Below are positions 1 through 13,620 of a DNA stretch of 64,000 bases, piece by piece (positions within the stretch are counted from its first letter, which is position 1; each line of letters opens with the position of its first letter). Under the pieces are notes generated by a model. The model was not told the origin of the DNA. It ran no database searches and worked only from the letters and a program-made list of their open reading frames with translations. Source of the DNA: the human T2T-CHM13v2.0 reference genome, Homo sapiens. The DNA lies in the NCBI RefSeq assembly GCF_009914755.1, contig NC_060936.1; one strand, 5' to 3'. Made by a program: the position numbers and the translations under genes.

Positions 1-39
1 AACTCTGTCTCAAAAAACAAAACAAAAAAAAAAAAAAAA
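1..39 (+). mobile_element. Alu 3' end and A-rich tail (cut by window edge)
   Basis: actctgtctc followed by A-rich tail. Confidence 0.8.
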
Positions 40-384
40 CAAGACTGAGTGAGAAACAAACTGCTGGGGCTGTTTGTTACTGTAGCATAACCTCGCCTTC
101 CCTGACACATACAAAAGCTCTCCCACACGCTGCTCTGCCCACTGCCCACATCCCTCCTCAACCCCTCTCTCAGGAGGCTGCAGCCCCACCCGTAAGCCAC
201 ATTCCTTCCAACCCCAAGGCTTTCATACTTGCAGTTGCCTCCAACCTATACAACCTTCTTTCTCTCGTCTCTTGGCAAATCCCTGCACCTCCTTCAGGTC
301 TCAGTTTCAGTGTCTCATCTCACTGTTGGAGGTTTCAGAGGACATGAGATTTTCAGAGCACTGACCCCAGTATGTGATCACGTC

Positions 385-686
385 TTTATTTGTTTTTTTT
401 TGAGACGGGGATTGCTCTGTCACCCAGGCTGGAGTGCAGTGGTATGATCACAGTTCACTTGCAGCCTCAACCTCCTGGGCTCAACGCCTCCTCCCTCCTC
501 AGCCTCCCAAGTAGCTGGGACTACAGGTGCATGCCACCATGCCCAGTTAATTTTTAAATGTTTTGTAGAGATGGGGGGGTCTCACTATGTTGCCTAGGCT
601 GGTCTCGAACTCTTGGCCTCAAGTGATCCTCCAGTCTCAGCCTCCCAAACTGCTAGGAATACAGGTGTGAGCCACTGTGCCCAGCA
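385..686 (-). mobile_element. Alu (AluJ-like)
   Basis: Dimeric Alu, antisense; AluJ-type ctcactatgttgcc and aagtgatcctcc. Confidence 0.93.
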
Positions 687-820
687 TCTAATGCTTTTTG
701 AATGAATAAATAGATGAATGAAAGAAACCCATGTGATCTTGAATTGCCCCTCCCAGTATGGAGGAAAGAAGGCCCCGGACTTCCATTCCCCTTATCTTTG
801 GCCAATTCCCCTTTCTGACC

Positions 821-1089
821 TAGGGTCACATTATGACATTCATGGGTTCTTTTTTCCATAAAAAAATTAAAAATTATATTTTATGACTGTGTAGGTATAA
901 ACATGAACATAATCCAGTCTAGATTCATTAATATATATACACATTATTATTATATTCATGTTTTCTTTTGATTTAAAAGAAATTGACATTAAAACATTCA
1001 ATTAACATTAAAACATTTATACGGACCCCTTGAAGTATTGTGAGCCCTAAGCACTGTGCTTCCTGTGCCTAATGGATAAGTTGGTCCCT
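821..1089 (-). mobile_element. hAT-family MITE (ORSL/Tip100-like)
   Basis: tagggtc...ggtccct termini; 8-bp direct repeat ttctgacc at 813-820 and 1089-1096; internal cctaatggataag matches recalled ORSL consensus. Confidence 0.7.
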
Positions 1090-1104
1090 TCTGACCCAAT
1101 TCCC

Positions 1105-1630
1105 TGTTCATTCATTCCTTCCTTCCTTCCTTCCTTCCTTCATTCATTCATTGAGCAAGAATTCATAGAGCAGCGTCTCAATGCAGAGACCAGCACCAGT
1201 CTTTAGCATGGGGGTGCTGGGATCCCAGACCCTGGGATCCCATCGTAGGCAGAAGTAGCCACTGTCTCCTTTTTTTCTGTCTCTGATATTCTAGTGGGGG
1301 AGATAAGCACTGAACAAGTGCAACAAGAAATAAATGTGTAAGTGATTCATACGTAATGTGTTTACACATTTATTTATAAATGTATTTATACCTTATGAAT
1401 TATAAATGATAATGTTTCACACATTTATTGTAAATTACCAAGTTCCAGTGTCTTTGGAAGGCCAAGAACAAGGAAGTGTGAGGTGGTCTGTGGGAGAAGG
1501 AGGGTTGCTTGAGGAAGACTTCCCCAGTCAGAGCTGCAAGTTAACTGTGCCGGGAGGGTGGGGAAGCGCATCCCAGGCAGAGGCCTGGCATGAGCAAGGG
1601 TCCTGAGGCAGGACACAGTAGAGCATCTTT
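1105..1630 (-). mobile_element. L2 fragments with (TTCA/TTCC)n tail
   Basis: ttcattcattcattgagc tail and L2-like purine-rich body. Confidence 0.6.
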
Positions 1631-1870
1631 GAACAACTTCTCCACCAGCTTCTTCAGCATCATCAGAAAGCCACAACCATCCCTTAGGACTTCCGGATCC
1701 TCACTTTCTCTCCAGGCCTATCCCAAACAGGTTGCAGCCTGGTCCACAAGCTCTGAGCATCAGGAGAGCCCAGGAGGGCTGGTTTGATTAGATCACTGTC
1801 AGCCAGGGACGGAGGTTAATTGCTATTCTCTTTCTGAGTCTGGCTTGGCCCAGCAGCTTTGCCCACTGCC

Positions 1871-1916
1871 GTGTGTGTGTGCCTGTGTGTGTGTGTCCGT
1901 GTGTCTGTGTGTCTGT
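1871..1916. repeat. Degenerate (TG)n
   Basis: Visible dinucleotide run. Confidence 0.8.
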
Positions 1917-3859
1917 AGGTCAGTTTGGCCTCGGGCTGGGCGGAGGCCGAGGGGGCTGGGGGGAGGGTTGCCCAAGATTTTTCTGTGAGTTCTGAGCCTT
2001 GTCTTGTCTGGTGTGTAGCAAAGAGGAGTGCTTAACAAGCATTAAGGGACACAAATAATTCCCCTTTTCTCCTCTCCGCCTATTCTTCCCTCTCTCTTTT
2101 CTTGTAAATCCTGCTTCTTGCATGTGAATAGCGGAATGGCTTCATCTGGGACCTTTAATCAGATCCCTGGTAGGCTCTAGGAGGGCAAAGTGCCGGAGGG
2201 ATTACCTTTTATTTTAGGTTTTTCTCCCCTAGTTTTGCCATTCCCCTCTTCCCCTCCCCTGGCTGTGTTTTCCTCCCTGGCGTTTGTTCTCAGCAGAAGT
2301 AAGTAAGGAAGGCTTAAAGCGCGGGGGAGGGGGGCTTACAAACTTAAGGGGATCGGGCCCTATTCAGCCGGGCTTGTCCACAGACTTTCTGCTTTTGTTC
2401 TCGGGCCATTCTTCAGCTGATTTCTTCACTCCAGCAAAAGCACTTTAATTCCCTTTTAGATACGGAGAATCCGTCCTCTTCCCCTCGCTGCCCCCTCCCT
2501 CTCTCCACCCCACACACCCCATTTCACTTTTTCAGACCCTTTATGCTTCGTCCTCGTCCTCCCCAACAAAGACTCAACATCCTCGCAAAGTATTTCTTTC
2601 ACCGATGGGGGAAGCTCTGAAGAATCAGGGGGAGGGGAAGGGGAAGAGGGAGGAGAAGAGGGGGCTTCTCCGGGACCAGACCCCAAAGCCAGGCCAGGGG
2701 AGACCCGTGGCTTCAGACTGCACCCCCTTGGTCTGAGCTTTGCCTTGGTTGGAGAAGAAAGGCACTGATGCCAGCACGAGCGTGTGGAAGGAGAAAATGT
2801 CTGAAGGTGTGTCTATGTGGTTGTGACAGGAGGGATAGAGACATCGGAGACCTGGTGTGGGCTTTGTCAGCATTCCTGAAAGGGGCAGGGGGGTCCCAGA
2901 GAAAAGTCCGTGCAAGGAGAGGATACAGGGGCCTCCAGTCTCCGTCAAAATCCCCGACACCTCCTGGGTGCATTCCAGCGAAGCATCCCCGGGGTAGCAG
3001 AGGCGCTGGGTCCGGGGCCCTCGCTGGGGCTTTTCAGCAACCAGGGAAAGGTTTGAGACCTGGAGGAAAAGGGTTGGCTGCAAAATGAGGAAAAGAAAAC
3101 CCCCAATCAAAATTAATAAGTGCCGGATTGCAAGCCTACACAACGTATTTTATGTCAACTGCACTAATTGTTCAATTTGACATTCATAAAAATTTCATTG
3201 CATATAAAAACAATTTGTGGGGCAGGTTTTCTTTTTCTTTCCATTCATAACCTGCTTCCGTCTCCCTCCCTCTCACCTTACTTCCCTCCTTCCTAATAAC
3301 CTAATGAATACCTGTGAACCAGCCACCCATCCCAACACTAGAACGTGCTAGTAACTTCCACTGACTGCACACTCCGATTCTAACGCCCTCCCTCCTTGCA
3401 AGAAGTTACCATCTTCCTAAGTTTTTGTCTTTCTCTTTAAAAAATAGTCGTTATCACCCATTTATATTCCTAAACAAAGTCCCTCTTTAGTTTGAGTTGA
3501 TTTTCTCACTCTACCAGCGTCTGTGGGATGGCTGAGCCATCCTACCAAACCATCGATTCAGTGAGTTCCTTACAACCAAATTACAAAAGGAAAATGTGAA
3601 AAGTTCTTTCAAACATTTTTTACAGCAAAACCAGCTGTAGGAAATGGGTGTGTTGTGCTTTTAGTGGGTTTCTTAATGATGTAGGGAGGAGCCTTCAAGG
3701 TGAGAATGTCTAAGTGCCTGTTAATCACTGAAAGTGGTTCTGCCTCCAATCCTACTTTCATTAGGGGAGTAAGTCTATAGTCAATTACCAGCCTTGGCTT
3801 CCCTATCTATGAAATGGGAACAACAAATTAGCTCAGCTTTTTATTGAAAACATAAAAAG

Positions 3860-4300
3860 TGAGAGCGCGCGCGAGAGAAGCAATCTCACCGACTCGCATC
3901 CTAGAAAGATAAAACGAGCTTTCCCATCCTCTCTTCTTTCTGTCTGAGGCTGAGAAAGATGAGTTTCTCTTCTTCAAAATGTCGACAAATCGACGAAGGG
4001 CCATTTAAGGGAAAGTGGGCCGGGGCGGTAATAGCCCAATTGGGAGTTTGAACGGCAGAAGGGCTGGCTCCCTCTCCATGCCAGAGGATGGGCAATTACT
4101 GCGAGGCATTTTTTCGGGCAAAATAGAAGGCAGAGAAATAGCAAGTAGGAGCCCCAATTATCTGGAGTCATTCTCAGGACGAAAAACGCTGTCTCATTCT
4201 CCTGCAGCAAACTGTCGGCCAGAGGTGGGGCGGTTAGAGTGGTTAGGAGAAGACGGTGGAGATTCAGCAGGGATAATGTCTGGCCTTTCTCAGTAGGGGT
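3860..4300. promoter_or_regulatory. CpG-enriched promoter/enhancer-like element
   Basis: Elevated CpG; (GC)4 at 3865-3873, GCCATTT 4000-4006, GC box 4022-4028, CCCAATTGGG 4035-4044. Confidence 0.45.
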
Positions 4301-4518
4301 GGAGGAGGACGGATGGATGGACGCTTTGGAAGCCGGTGTAGCTTGCATCTCCCTCCTGGCTGCTGTGGGGCACGAGTATGGCATTTTATTCTCTACCTTG
4401 TTCCTGTCTCCCACACCTGGCCCCATCACAAATAAATCAAGGGTTCTTTCCCTCTCTGTGCTTTTAGCTAGGCAGACAAAAAGGACAGTGTGTCTCCAGC
4501 CACCACAAGGGCTTTAGG

Positions 4519-4916
4519 CAGTGGTGTGTTGGTAAGATGTTTAACAACCGGCTCTACAAAGAAGCTCTGATTTGTAGAGTTTGTCAATTTCTTCAGTGTA
4601 AATATTCCCACCTGACATCACCAGATAGAGTTTGGAAGAGATAGGCAGTAGCATACCGTTATAGAGTAGTTCTACCACCCAGAAATGACAGATAGAAATG
4701 ACCTCAGAAGCATAGATAATAGTAAAACGTAGACAAATAATCAGGACATGGTGAGTTTGGAGTGCTTATTACCTTTGCTTTAATATGATTGATTTAATTG
4801 TAAGCTTATTTTAGTTAATTTTTAATGGGTGGTTGAACACCCAGCTTGCCAAATTCCTGTACATGTGCTGGTCGGCTCTTGGGAACCAGCTCGAGCTGGC
4901 TGCAGCTCACTGCCTG
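4519..4916 (+). mobile_element. MER63B-like hAT-Blackjack element
   Basis: cagtggtgtgttggtaagatgtttaacaaccggctc start and matching degenerate 3' TIR. Confidence 0.8.
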
Positions 4917-5815
4917 CTTGCAGAATATTCTCTGTTTGCTCGGGGCCCACACACTCCTGTGTGCTTGTCATTGCTACATGATGTCAATCAGCAAATTTAT
5001 CACTTTGTGATAAAGGAAAATCAATAGGCACTTTCCACTCTTCTCCCTGAAAAACAGCCTTCCAGGGGACCCTGGGAGATTGTGTTTTCAGATCAGGAAA
5101 GTGGAGTTTGCTGCATTCCCCTGTCTGGAGCTTATATTCTAGATTGCAAGATTGTGGCCTCGTTCCATGCCCATGTGTTCATTCAATAGCAAACCACGAA
5201 TGCCTACTGTGTGCCAGCCTCTGGGAGAGGGAGATGGAACGAACTCAGTTACAGGCATTCTTCCCTTTCCAGAGAACCATCAACTCAGGAGCAGATGGTG
5301 GGCAAGAAGGCAGCTTCAGCCTCCACGGGTTCCTGCACTTCTCTATGAATCGGGGTTCCTCAGAAAGCCTCCCTTTGAGGACTTGCACTTCCCTCTTGCA
5401 TCTCCCATTTTCTAACAAGATTTCTTCCCTTTGATCCTTAGACTGTTCCTAAGTTAGTTGATAGACTTAAATATAAAAAAGACTCCTATAACTTAATTGC
5501 AGAGCTACCTATGAGATTGGCACAGATCAGAAAGCTGAGAAATACAAAGTGTTGGTGAGGACATGGGGACACAGGAACGCAGCTGCATAGCACATTCTGG
5601 CATGACCTGGTCAGATTAAGTCTACAGATACTTCATGTCCCAGTAATTCTACTGCTGGGCATAGAGGACAGGTACATCCCTACCCAGGTCCCTCCTTCTT
5701 GCTTCTTGGGGTCACCAAACCAATAAGGGTCTAGGATGGACAGAGATCAACACTGATGGCTTTCTTTGCTTTCATCCACCTCCTGAATCTGTGTCCCCTG
5801 CATAAAACCCATTGA

Positions 5816-6166
<351 letters not shown>

Positions 6167-6199
6167 CAGAAAAAATTGTTTTAGCTCCCTTTCAGCAAC

Positions 6200-6410
6200 C
6201 ATAATAAAATTTATTGAGCACTTACTATGCTACATGTGTTATCTCATGGAATCCTCACAACCATTCCAAGAAGGGGGACATATGATTCCTCCCAATTGAA
6301 AGTCAAGGAAACTGAGGCTCCAAGACCCATCATTTCTTGCCCAAGGTCACATAATCAGTAGATGCTGGAGCCTGCTGGGGTGTCAGCCCTGTCTGAACCT
6401 AGAGCCCATG
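6200..6410 (-). mobile_element. MIR
   Basis: ttattgagcacttact...ggaaactgaggct...cttgcccaaggtcac core. Confidence 0.75.
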
Positions 6411-6503
6411 GGACCTTTCCCCTCACTTGTCAAATTGAGTTACAACTCTCTGTTTATGCGTTCTTGAGGGCATGATCTGGGAACATTCACTGCCTAACCA
6501 TAG

Positions 6504-6842
<339 letters not shown>

Positions 6843-7156
6843 TAAATGTATGTGAAGTTAGCAAGGGGTTGAAAGAGAACATTTTTCCTCATCTTGGTAT
6901 TGGGAGGATTAAAGGAGATAATGGAAACAAAATACTTAACATGTGCTCAATAATTTTTAAAAATTAGCTGTATGATGGTCTTGATCTTCCTGCAGGCTTA
7001 TAAATAACCAGGTTTTTGGGAAAAGTCCCAAGCATAGGGAGTTGGGAGGGGATTTGGGGAGCAGAAGAAAATACAGTGTGAGGAAATTTTCAACACTGAA
7101 TTGTTGAGCCCGGGAGCAAATGCACAAATCATGGACCCATAGAAAATCAGGCCTGG

Positions 7157-7952
7157 CAACAAACATTTAAAAAAATGCTCAACATCACTAAATGATCAGG
7201 GAAATATACATCAAAATCACAATGTCTTACTCCCGCAAGAATGGCCATCATCAAAAAATTTAAAAAAAATAGATGCTGGCATAGATGTGGTGAAAAGGGA
7301 ACACGTCTACATTGCTGGTGGGAATGTAAACTAGTACAACCACTATGGAAAACAGTGTGGAGATTCCTTAAAGAACTAAAAGTAGATCTACCATTTGATC
7401 CAGCAATCCCACTACTGGGTATCTACCCAGAGGAAAAGAAGTCATTACATGAAAAAGATACTTGCACACACACTCATAGCATCACAATTAGTAATTGCAA
7501 AAATATGGAACCAGCCCAAATGCCCATCAATCAATGAGTGCATAAAGAAACTGGTGTGTGTGTATATATATATATATATATACGGTGGAATACTACTCAG
7601 CCATGAAAAGGGATGAATTAATGGCATTTGCAGCAACCTGGATGTGATTGGAGACTATTATTCTAAGGGAAGTAACTCAGGAACGGAAAACCCAACATTG
7701 TATGTTTTCACTCGTAAGTGTGAGCTAAGCTGTGAGGATACAGAGACATAAGAATGATACAATGGACTTTTGGAACTAAAGGGGAAAGGGTGGGAAGGGG
7801 GTGAGGGATAAAAGGCTACAAATTGGGTTCAGTGTATACCGCTCGGGTGATGGGTGCACCAAAATCTCACAAATCACCACTAAAGAACTTATTCCTGTTA
7901 CCAAATACCACCTGTTTCCCAAAAACCTATGGAGAGAAAAAAAAAAAGAAAA
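7157..7952 (+). mobile_element. 5'-truncated LINE-1 (L1PB-like): ORF2 C-terminal remnant and 3' UTR
   Basis: ORF 7241-7537 has L1 ORF2p motifs [20 protein letters not shown] and [10 protein letters not shown]; A-rich tail; perfect 16-bp TSD agaaaatcaggcctgg at 7141-7156 and 7953-7968. Confidence 0.93.
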
Positions 7953-8669
7953 AGAAAATCAGGCCTGGGATGATCCAGTCTTTGCTTCACAGTGATAGAG
8001 GAGAAACTGTGGCTCAGAGAGCAGCACTAATACCTGGATGTCTGGCTCCTGGGCCACTTCTTACTGCCACCTGGTTGTCCCATGAGTATCGTTCCTCTCC
8101 AGAGTGGGAGAATAACTTGCCTACCCCACCAGATTTTTCTCTGACTTCCTTCTCTCCTTTCCTTTCAAGGGCTCGGGAAGAACCAGGCTCCTAAAATTTG
8201 ACTTGAGCATCCATTGGTGAAGCTGCTTTCCTAGAAAAGAACTGGGTCCAGAGCCTCCTGAAAACTTGAGGTCTCTGTGTAAAGGTGGAGCAGGGGCCAT
8301 CCCTCCGTGGGGACTGAGGCTGTCTTCTACATATGGCTTAGAGGTCTTATGGTTTCTTTGAGGTCACCTCTGGGCTGGTGGATGGAGCTCTGGGAGGAGC
8401 CAGAAGGCTGCTGGTGATAAAGAATACAAACTATGGCAGCAACTGGTCAAGGACACCCAAGTCCTGCATGGCTGCTGGTGGCAGCATCTGGGGAGAGAGG
8501 CTGAGCACAAGGTGGTCCCCTAAACTGATGGGCACAGGGCAGCGAGGGGATGGAGAAGGGGGAATGATGGGGATGCAAGAAGTCAGCCCAGCTGCTGAGA
8601 GCATCTCTGTCCTCTCTGTACCTCTCTTGCAGAAGGAAGGCCCCCTCGCCGGCCTTCATTCTGTTCCTT

Positions 8670-9256
8670 GCATGCCCCAAGCTTCCTCCCGCTGTGGGGT
8701 CTTTGTCCTGTGGTTCCTTCTGCCTTGAACACTGTCCTCTGAGATCATGGCTGGCTCCTTCACATCATGTGAGTCTCTGCTCAAATGTCATCCTCTCAGA
8801 TCAGTGAATCCAAAGTCATCTCCCAGCCAGTCACTTCCTAGAACATCCCCTTTCCACTTCCTTTGTAGCCCTCAGCACTATCTGCAGGGACCTCCCTCAT
8901 TTTCTGTGTGACTTTGGGCAGTTTCTTAACCTCTCTGTGTCACATTTTTCTTATCTGTAAAATGGTCATACTAGTACCCATCTCATGAGATTGTAATACT
9001 GATTAAGTGAGATGATGTATGTAAAGTGCTCAGAACACTGCCTGGTATGGAGTAAGCAGTATAGAAGTGTTAACAATTATTATTATTATTATTATTATTA
9101 TTGTGTTTGATCCATTGTCCTCCACCCCCAACTAGAACATCATCTTAATGAGGACACATACTTTGTCTGTCTTGTATTCTAATGCCTGGTACAGGGCTTG
9201 GTTCATAGTAGGTGCCCAAGAAATATTTTTTGAGTGAATGAATGAATGAATGAATT
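8670..9256 (+). mobile_element. L2 3' region interrupted by MIR (~8905-9100)
   Basis: ctcaaatgtcatcctctcaga, MIR core ttatctgtaaaatgg, (TGAA)n L2 tail. Confidence 0.7.
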
Positions 9257-10084
9257 TCTAAAAGAAACTAAGCCACAGTTTTAATGAAACCAGGCAATGG
9301 GTATTAAAAGCATTGGGGTTTGGGTAGGCTCTTGGATACATACATGGAGGTAGGCACAGTGAAGGCAGGAAGCTGAGGCACCTCCAGATGCCTGTCCCCG
9401 GGGCTGGGCCCTTCTTCCAGGTAAGGGGGCAGGAGGAGGAAGGGGCTTTCAGGAACATGGCGGGAGGTGCAATGCAGATTTGGAGGGGGTTCTGATGGGG
9501 CTGCATAGTTCCCCCCTGTTCTAGGAGCATTTGCTGTCTCAGGCATGCAGTGGATCTATGATCTGGAAGGGACTCCAGAAGGAGAGAAGTGAACTCAGGA
9601 ACCTGTTTATCCTCTGCCCACCTGCCATCTTGCAGAAGAGGAGGCTGAAGTCCAGCCCCAGGATTAACACAGCATCCTGGCAGCAGGGCTGGCTCAGTCC
9701 TTCCCTGGCCCCACATCTCTGGTGTGCCTGGTCTTCATACAGCATTGGTACCTTCCCAGAATTGAGCTCCTCCCTTTTCACCCTGGTCTTGGGTAGTTTA
9801 GGGGTCTATTTGGAAGATGAGACCTGAGGCTCTGTACAGGAAGCCCCGTGGTCCCTGAAAGGCCAAACCTTGAACTCCCGGAAGATCTTCTCAAGTGCTG
9901 GAATCCATCTGCTGACATCTGTCCTCCGGGCCTTCACTGTGACCAGACTCCAGGAGACAGCAATGGGGCAGGGCCTGGAGTGGGAGGGGCCTGTGCCAGC
10001 CCAGGTCACAGGCCTTAACGGTGATGACCCCTCTGCTCCAAGTGACAATAGCAGCAACAGTAACAACATAACAGCACTGATTTA

Positions 10085-10399
<315 letters not shown>

Positions 10400-11259
10400 G
10401 ATATTTACTGAGCACTTACACTGTGCCTGGCACTGTCCTCAGGGCTTTAAAATATTACTCATTTATTTCTCACAAAACGTATGACATGTATGTTAGATAA
10501 GAGAATCGTGGCAAAGTCAAAGTCCCTGAATTGGATAATTACATGGGGGTGATGTTGTGATTAGGAAATGCACCCTAAGAACTTCATGGTGAGATGGTAC
10601 AAGGCTACAACTTGCGAATGGCTCAACAAAATGAAGTAGATAGGTATGCAGATAGATGAATTCATATGGAGACATATGTGTCAACATATTAGCAATTGGG
10701 GAATACAGATAAGAATATACAAGTGTTCATGGATCTTGCAACTTTTTTATAGGTTTTAAAAATTTTTTAATAAAAAGGAAAACCAAAAATGTAAGGGCAA
10801 CACTAATATTGTCCCCATTTTACAGATGGGGGAACTGAGGCACAGAGAAGTTAGCGCCCGTAGTAGATGCTTTAGAAATATCAGCTGTTTTATTATTTAC
10901 ATATGATGAGGCCAAGGCTCAGAGACACTCTGTAACCTGTCCACCATCGCACAGCAAGAAAGTGGGTGTTTGCCTTTGAAGGGTCCTATCTCTCTGACCT
11001 GCTAAGGTTACGTGGACCCCAGGCTGGCTTGGCTGGGGTAGGGGCGAGTGAGTGGACTCTCCCCATGCCTTCAGATCAGGCCCCTAGTGTCCTCCCAGCC
11101 TTCTCGGGCCCCTTAAGACAGGGCGAATCTTTGTGGAGCTCCCTTTCCTCCCTCTCTCCTTGCCCCTGCAGGAACCTCTCCTGGGAACCCTTACAGCTCT
11201 CCCTGATCTCCCCCATCCTCTGTGCACCAGCAGCCCCATCAGAGGGGCCTGGCAGGGTG

Positions 11260-11360
11260 GGGATATTTGCCAGCAAATACAAGCTATGTGTTAAACACTC
11301 CGCCAGCAGCTTCTCCACACCCGGCAATGTTTGCTCAGCAAACATCACTAATTTTCTGGT
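11260..11360. promoter_or_regulatory. Candidate enhancer with inverted forkhead motif palindromes
   Basis: TATTTGC-ca-GCAAATA, GTGTT-a-AACAC, ATGTTTGCT-c-AGCAAACAT. Confidence 0.45.
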
Positions 11361-11883
11361 TTCTTGGGCTGTGCTGGAGCCCCTAGAGCAAAGCCTGTTT
11401 TTCATCAGCTCCTCTGACAGTTCCCTGTCCCCATGGCCACCAACCAGGCTCCGGGGCACAGAGTTGAGACCTCCTCCCAACACAAAGTCCCAAGAAGATC
11501 TGTGGGGAGAGAGAAGGCTTCTCTGGTTTTCTGGGACAGCATCTTTAACCAGAATTCCTCTAGTGCTGGGATTCTGGGATGTAGGAGAGGGGCTTCAATT
11601 ATTTCTTGACTTTGAGTGTGTTTGGGGAGTTCTTTTCCTCTCTTCTGGTCTCTCTCCCATCCATCCTCCAAGATTCAGGAAGCCAGTTTATTCCAGTTCA
11701 TATTCATCCGTCCATCCATCCACCCATCCATCCATCCAACCATACATACATACATTCAGGTTTTTTTTGAGCACCCATTTTGTGTCAGGGAGGGCTGGGT
11801 GCTGGAGAAACAGCAGTGCATATGACCAACCTGACCAGCATGATTTCTTGCCCTCCTGAAGCTGACATAATACAGCGGTTAGA

Positions 11884-12301
<418 letters not shown>

Positions 12302-12419
12302 TTATGTGAGCTCAGCCAGTACAATTGACTTTTTTTCCCTCTCAGGCTCTGTATGGCTCAGCCTGGCACTGTTACAGGCCCTGTCTTTATTTAAAATGTG
12401 GATATCTTGTTCATCATAG

Positions 12420-12850
12420 ATTTTTAAAGTGTAAATGCAATTTACATAACATAAAATCCATTCTGACCATTTCAAGGTGAACAATTCAGTGGCATCTAGT
12501 GCATTCGCAATGTTGTGCAACCATCACCGCTATCTCACTGCAGACCATTTTCATCACCCAAAAAGGAACCCCTTATCCATTCAGCAGTCACTCCCCAGTC
12601 CTCCTTTCCTCTCCCCTGACAATTGCTAATCTGCCTCTGTCTCTGCAGATTTGTCTATTGTGCAGTCATACAAAGAGACCAATCTGTGGTCTCTTTGCGT
12701 CTGGCTTCTGAGCGTAATGTCTTCGAGGTTCATCCATGTGGTAGCACTTGTCAGTGCTTCCTTCCTTTTTATGGCTGAGTCATTTTCTTTTGCATGGATA
12801 GGGACCATATTTTGTTTATCTGTTTACCTGTTGCTGGACACATGGGTCAT
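12420..12850 (-). mobile_element. Old L1 (L1MB/MC-like) 3' fragment
   Basis: gtgcaaccatcacc...ggttcatccatgtggtagca...tttttatggctgag typical of L1M 3' UTR. Confidence 0.8.
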
Positions 12851-12949
12851 CATAATTTTTTTTTTGTTTTTCATTTTGACTTTTAAAAATATCACATCAA
12901 AATTGCATTGGTCTACGGAAGAGGGTTTCAGAGAGAAGGAAACCTGCGT

Positions 12950-13620
12950 AAGGGCCTTGAAGGGGGATTATGAGCTTGAAATCAGACATTCTGGGGGAGG
13001 GAGCTCCAGGCAGAGGGAACAGCCAGGGAAACCCCTGAGGCAGGAATATGCTCTGGGCAGTGGAGGAGCAGTGAGAAGCCCAGATTGGCTGGAGAGGAGT
13101 GAGCAGAAGGAGAGGGTGTAAGACTAGGCAGGGGTGGAGGGATACAGGTGAGGGTGACAGGTGGCTGGACCAGGTAAAGCCCTACAGGCCAGGGAAGGGA
13201 GTGTGGATTCCATTCTGAGTGTGATGGAAGCCACTGGTTGGTTTTGAGTTGGTGAAATTATGCAATCTAGTTTCAGTTTGCAAAGCTCTCTGGCTGCTCC
13301 ACGTATGTGTGGACAAACAGGAGGCAGGCAGGCTTGTTGAGGGGCTGTCCCTGGCATGGAGGTGAGACACCATGGGGGGCGGGCCTGCACCAGGGTGGTG
13401 GTGATGGCAATGGACTTGGAGAGAGCTGTCAGCTGCCACATAGATTTTGAATGCATAGAGAGATGATCCATTCATCTATTCAGTTGGCAAGCAATTACTG
13501 GACACTAACTATATGCCAGGCAGTGTGAGATACTAGGAATACAGGCAAACAAAACCAGACAAGGACTCAGTCTTCATGGAGCTCACAGTCATTAAACAAA
13601 TAATTACAGATATGCTCAGC
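12950..13620 (-). mobile_element. L2 fragments
   Basis: ggcagagggaacagc, ggaagccactgg, atgccaggcagtgtg L2 motifs. Confidence 0.7.

Noticed and set aside
7241-7537. 98-aa ORF as a gene
   Set aside because: Dead L1 ORF2 remnant
10966-11859. 297-aa ORF (+) and overlapping 135-aa ORF (-)
   Set aside because: Non-ATG starts, no recognisable domain; the long ORF is Ser/Pro/Leu-biased and runs into an L2 (TCCA)n tail
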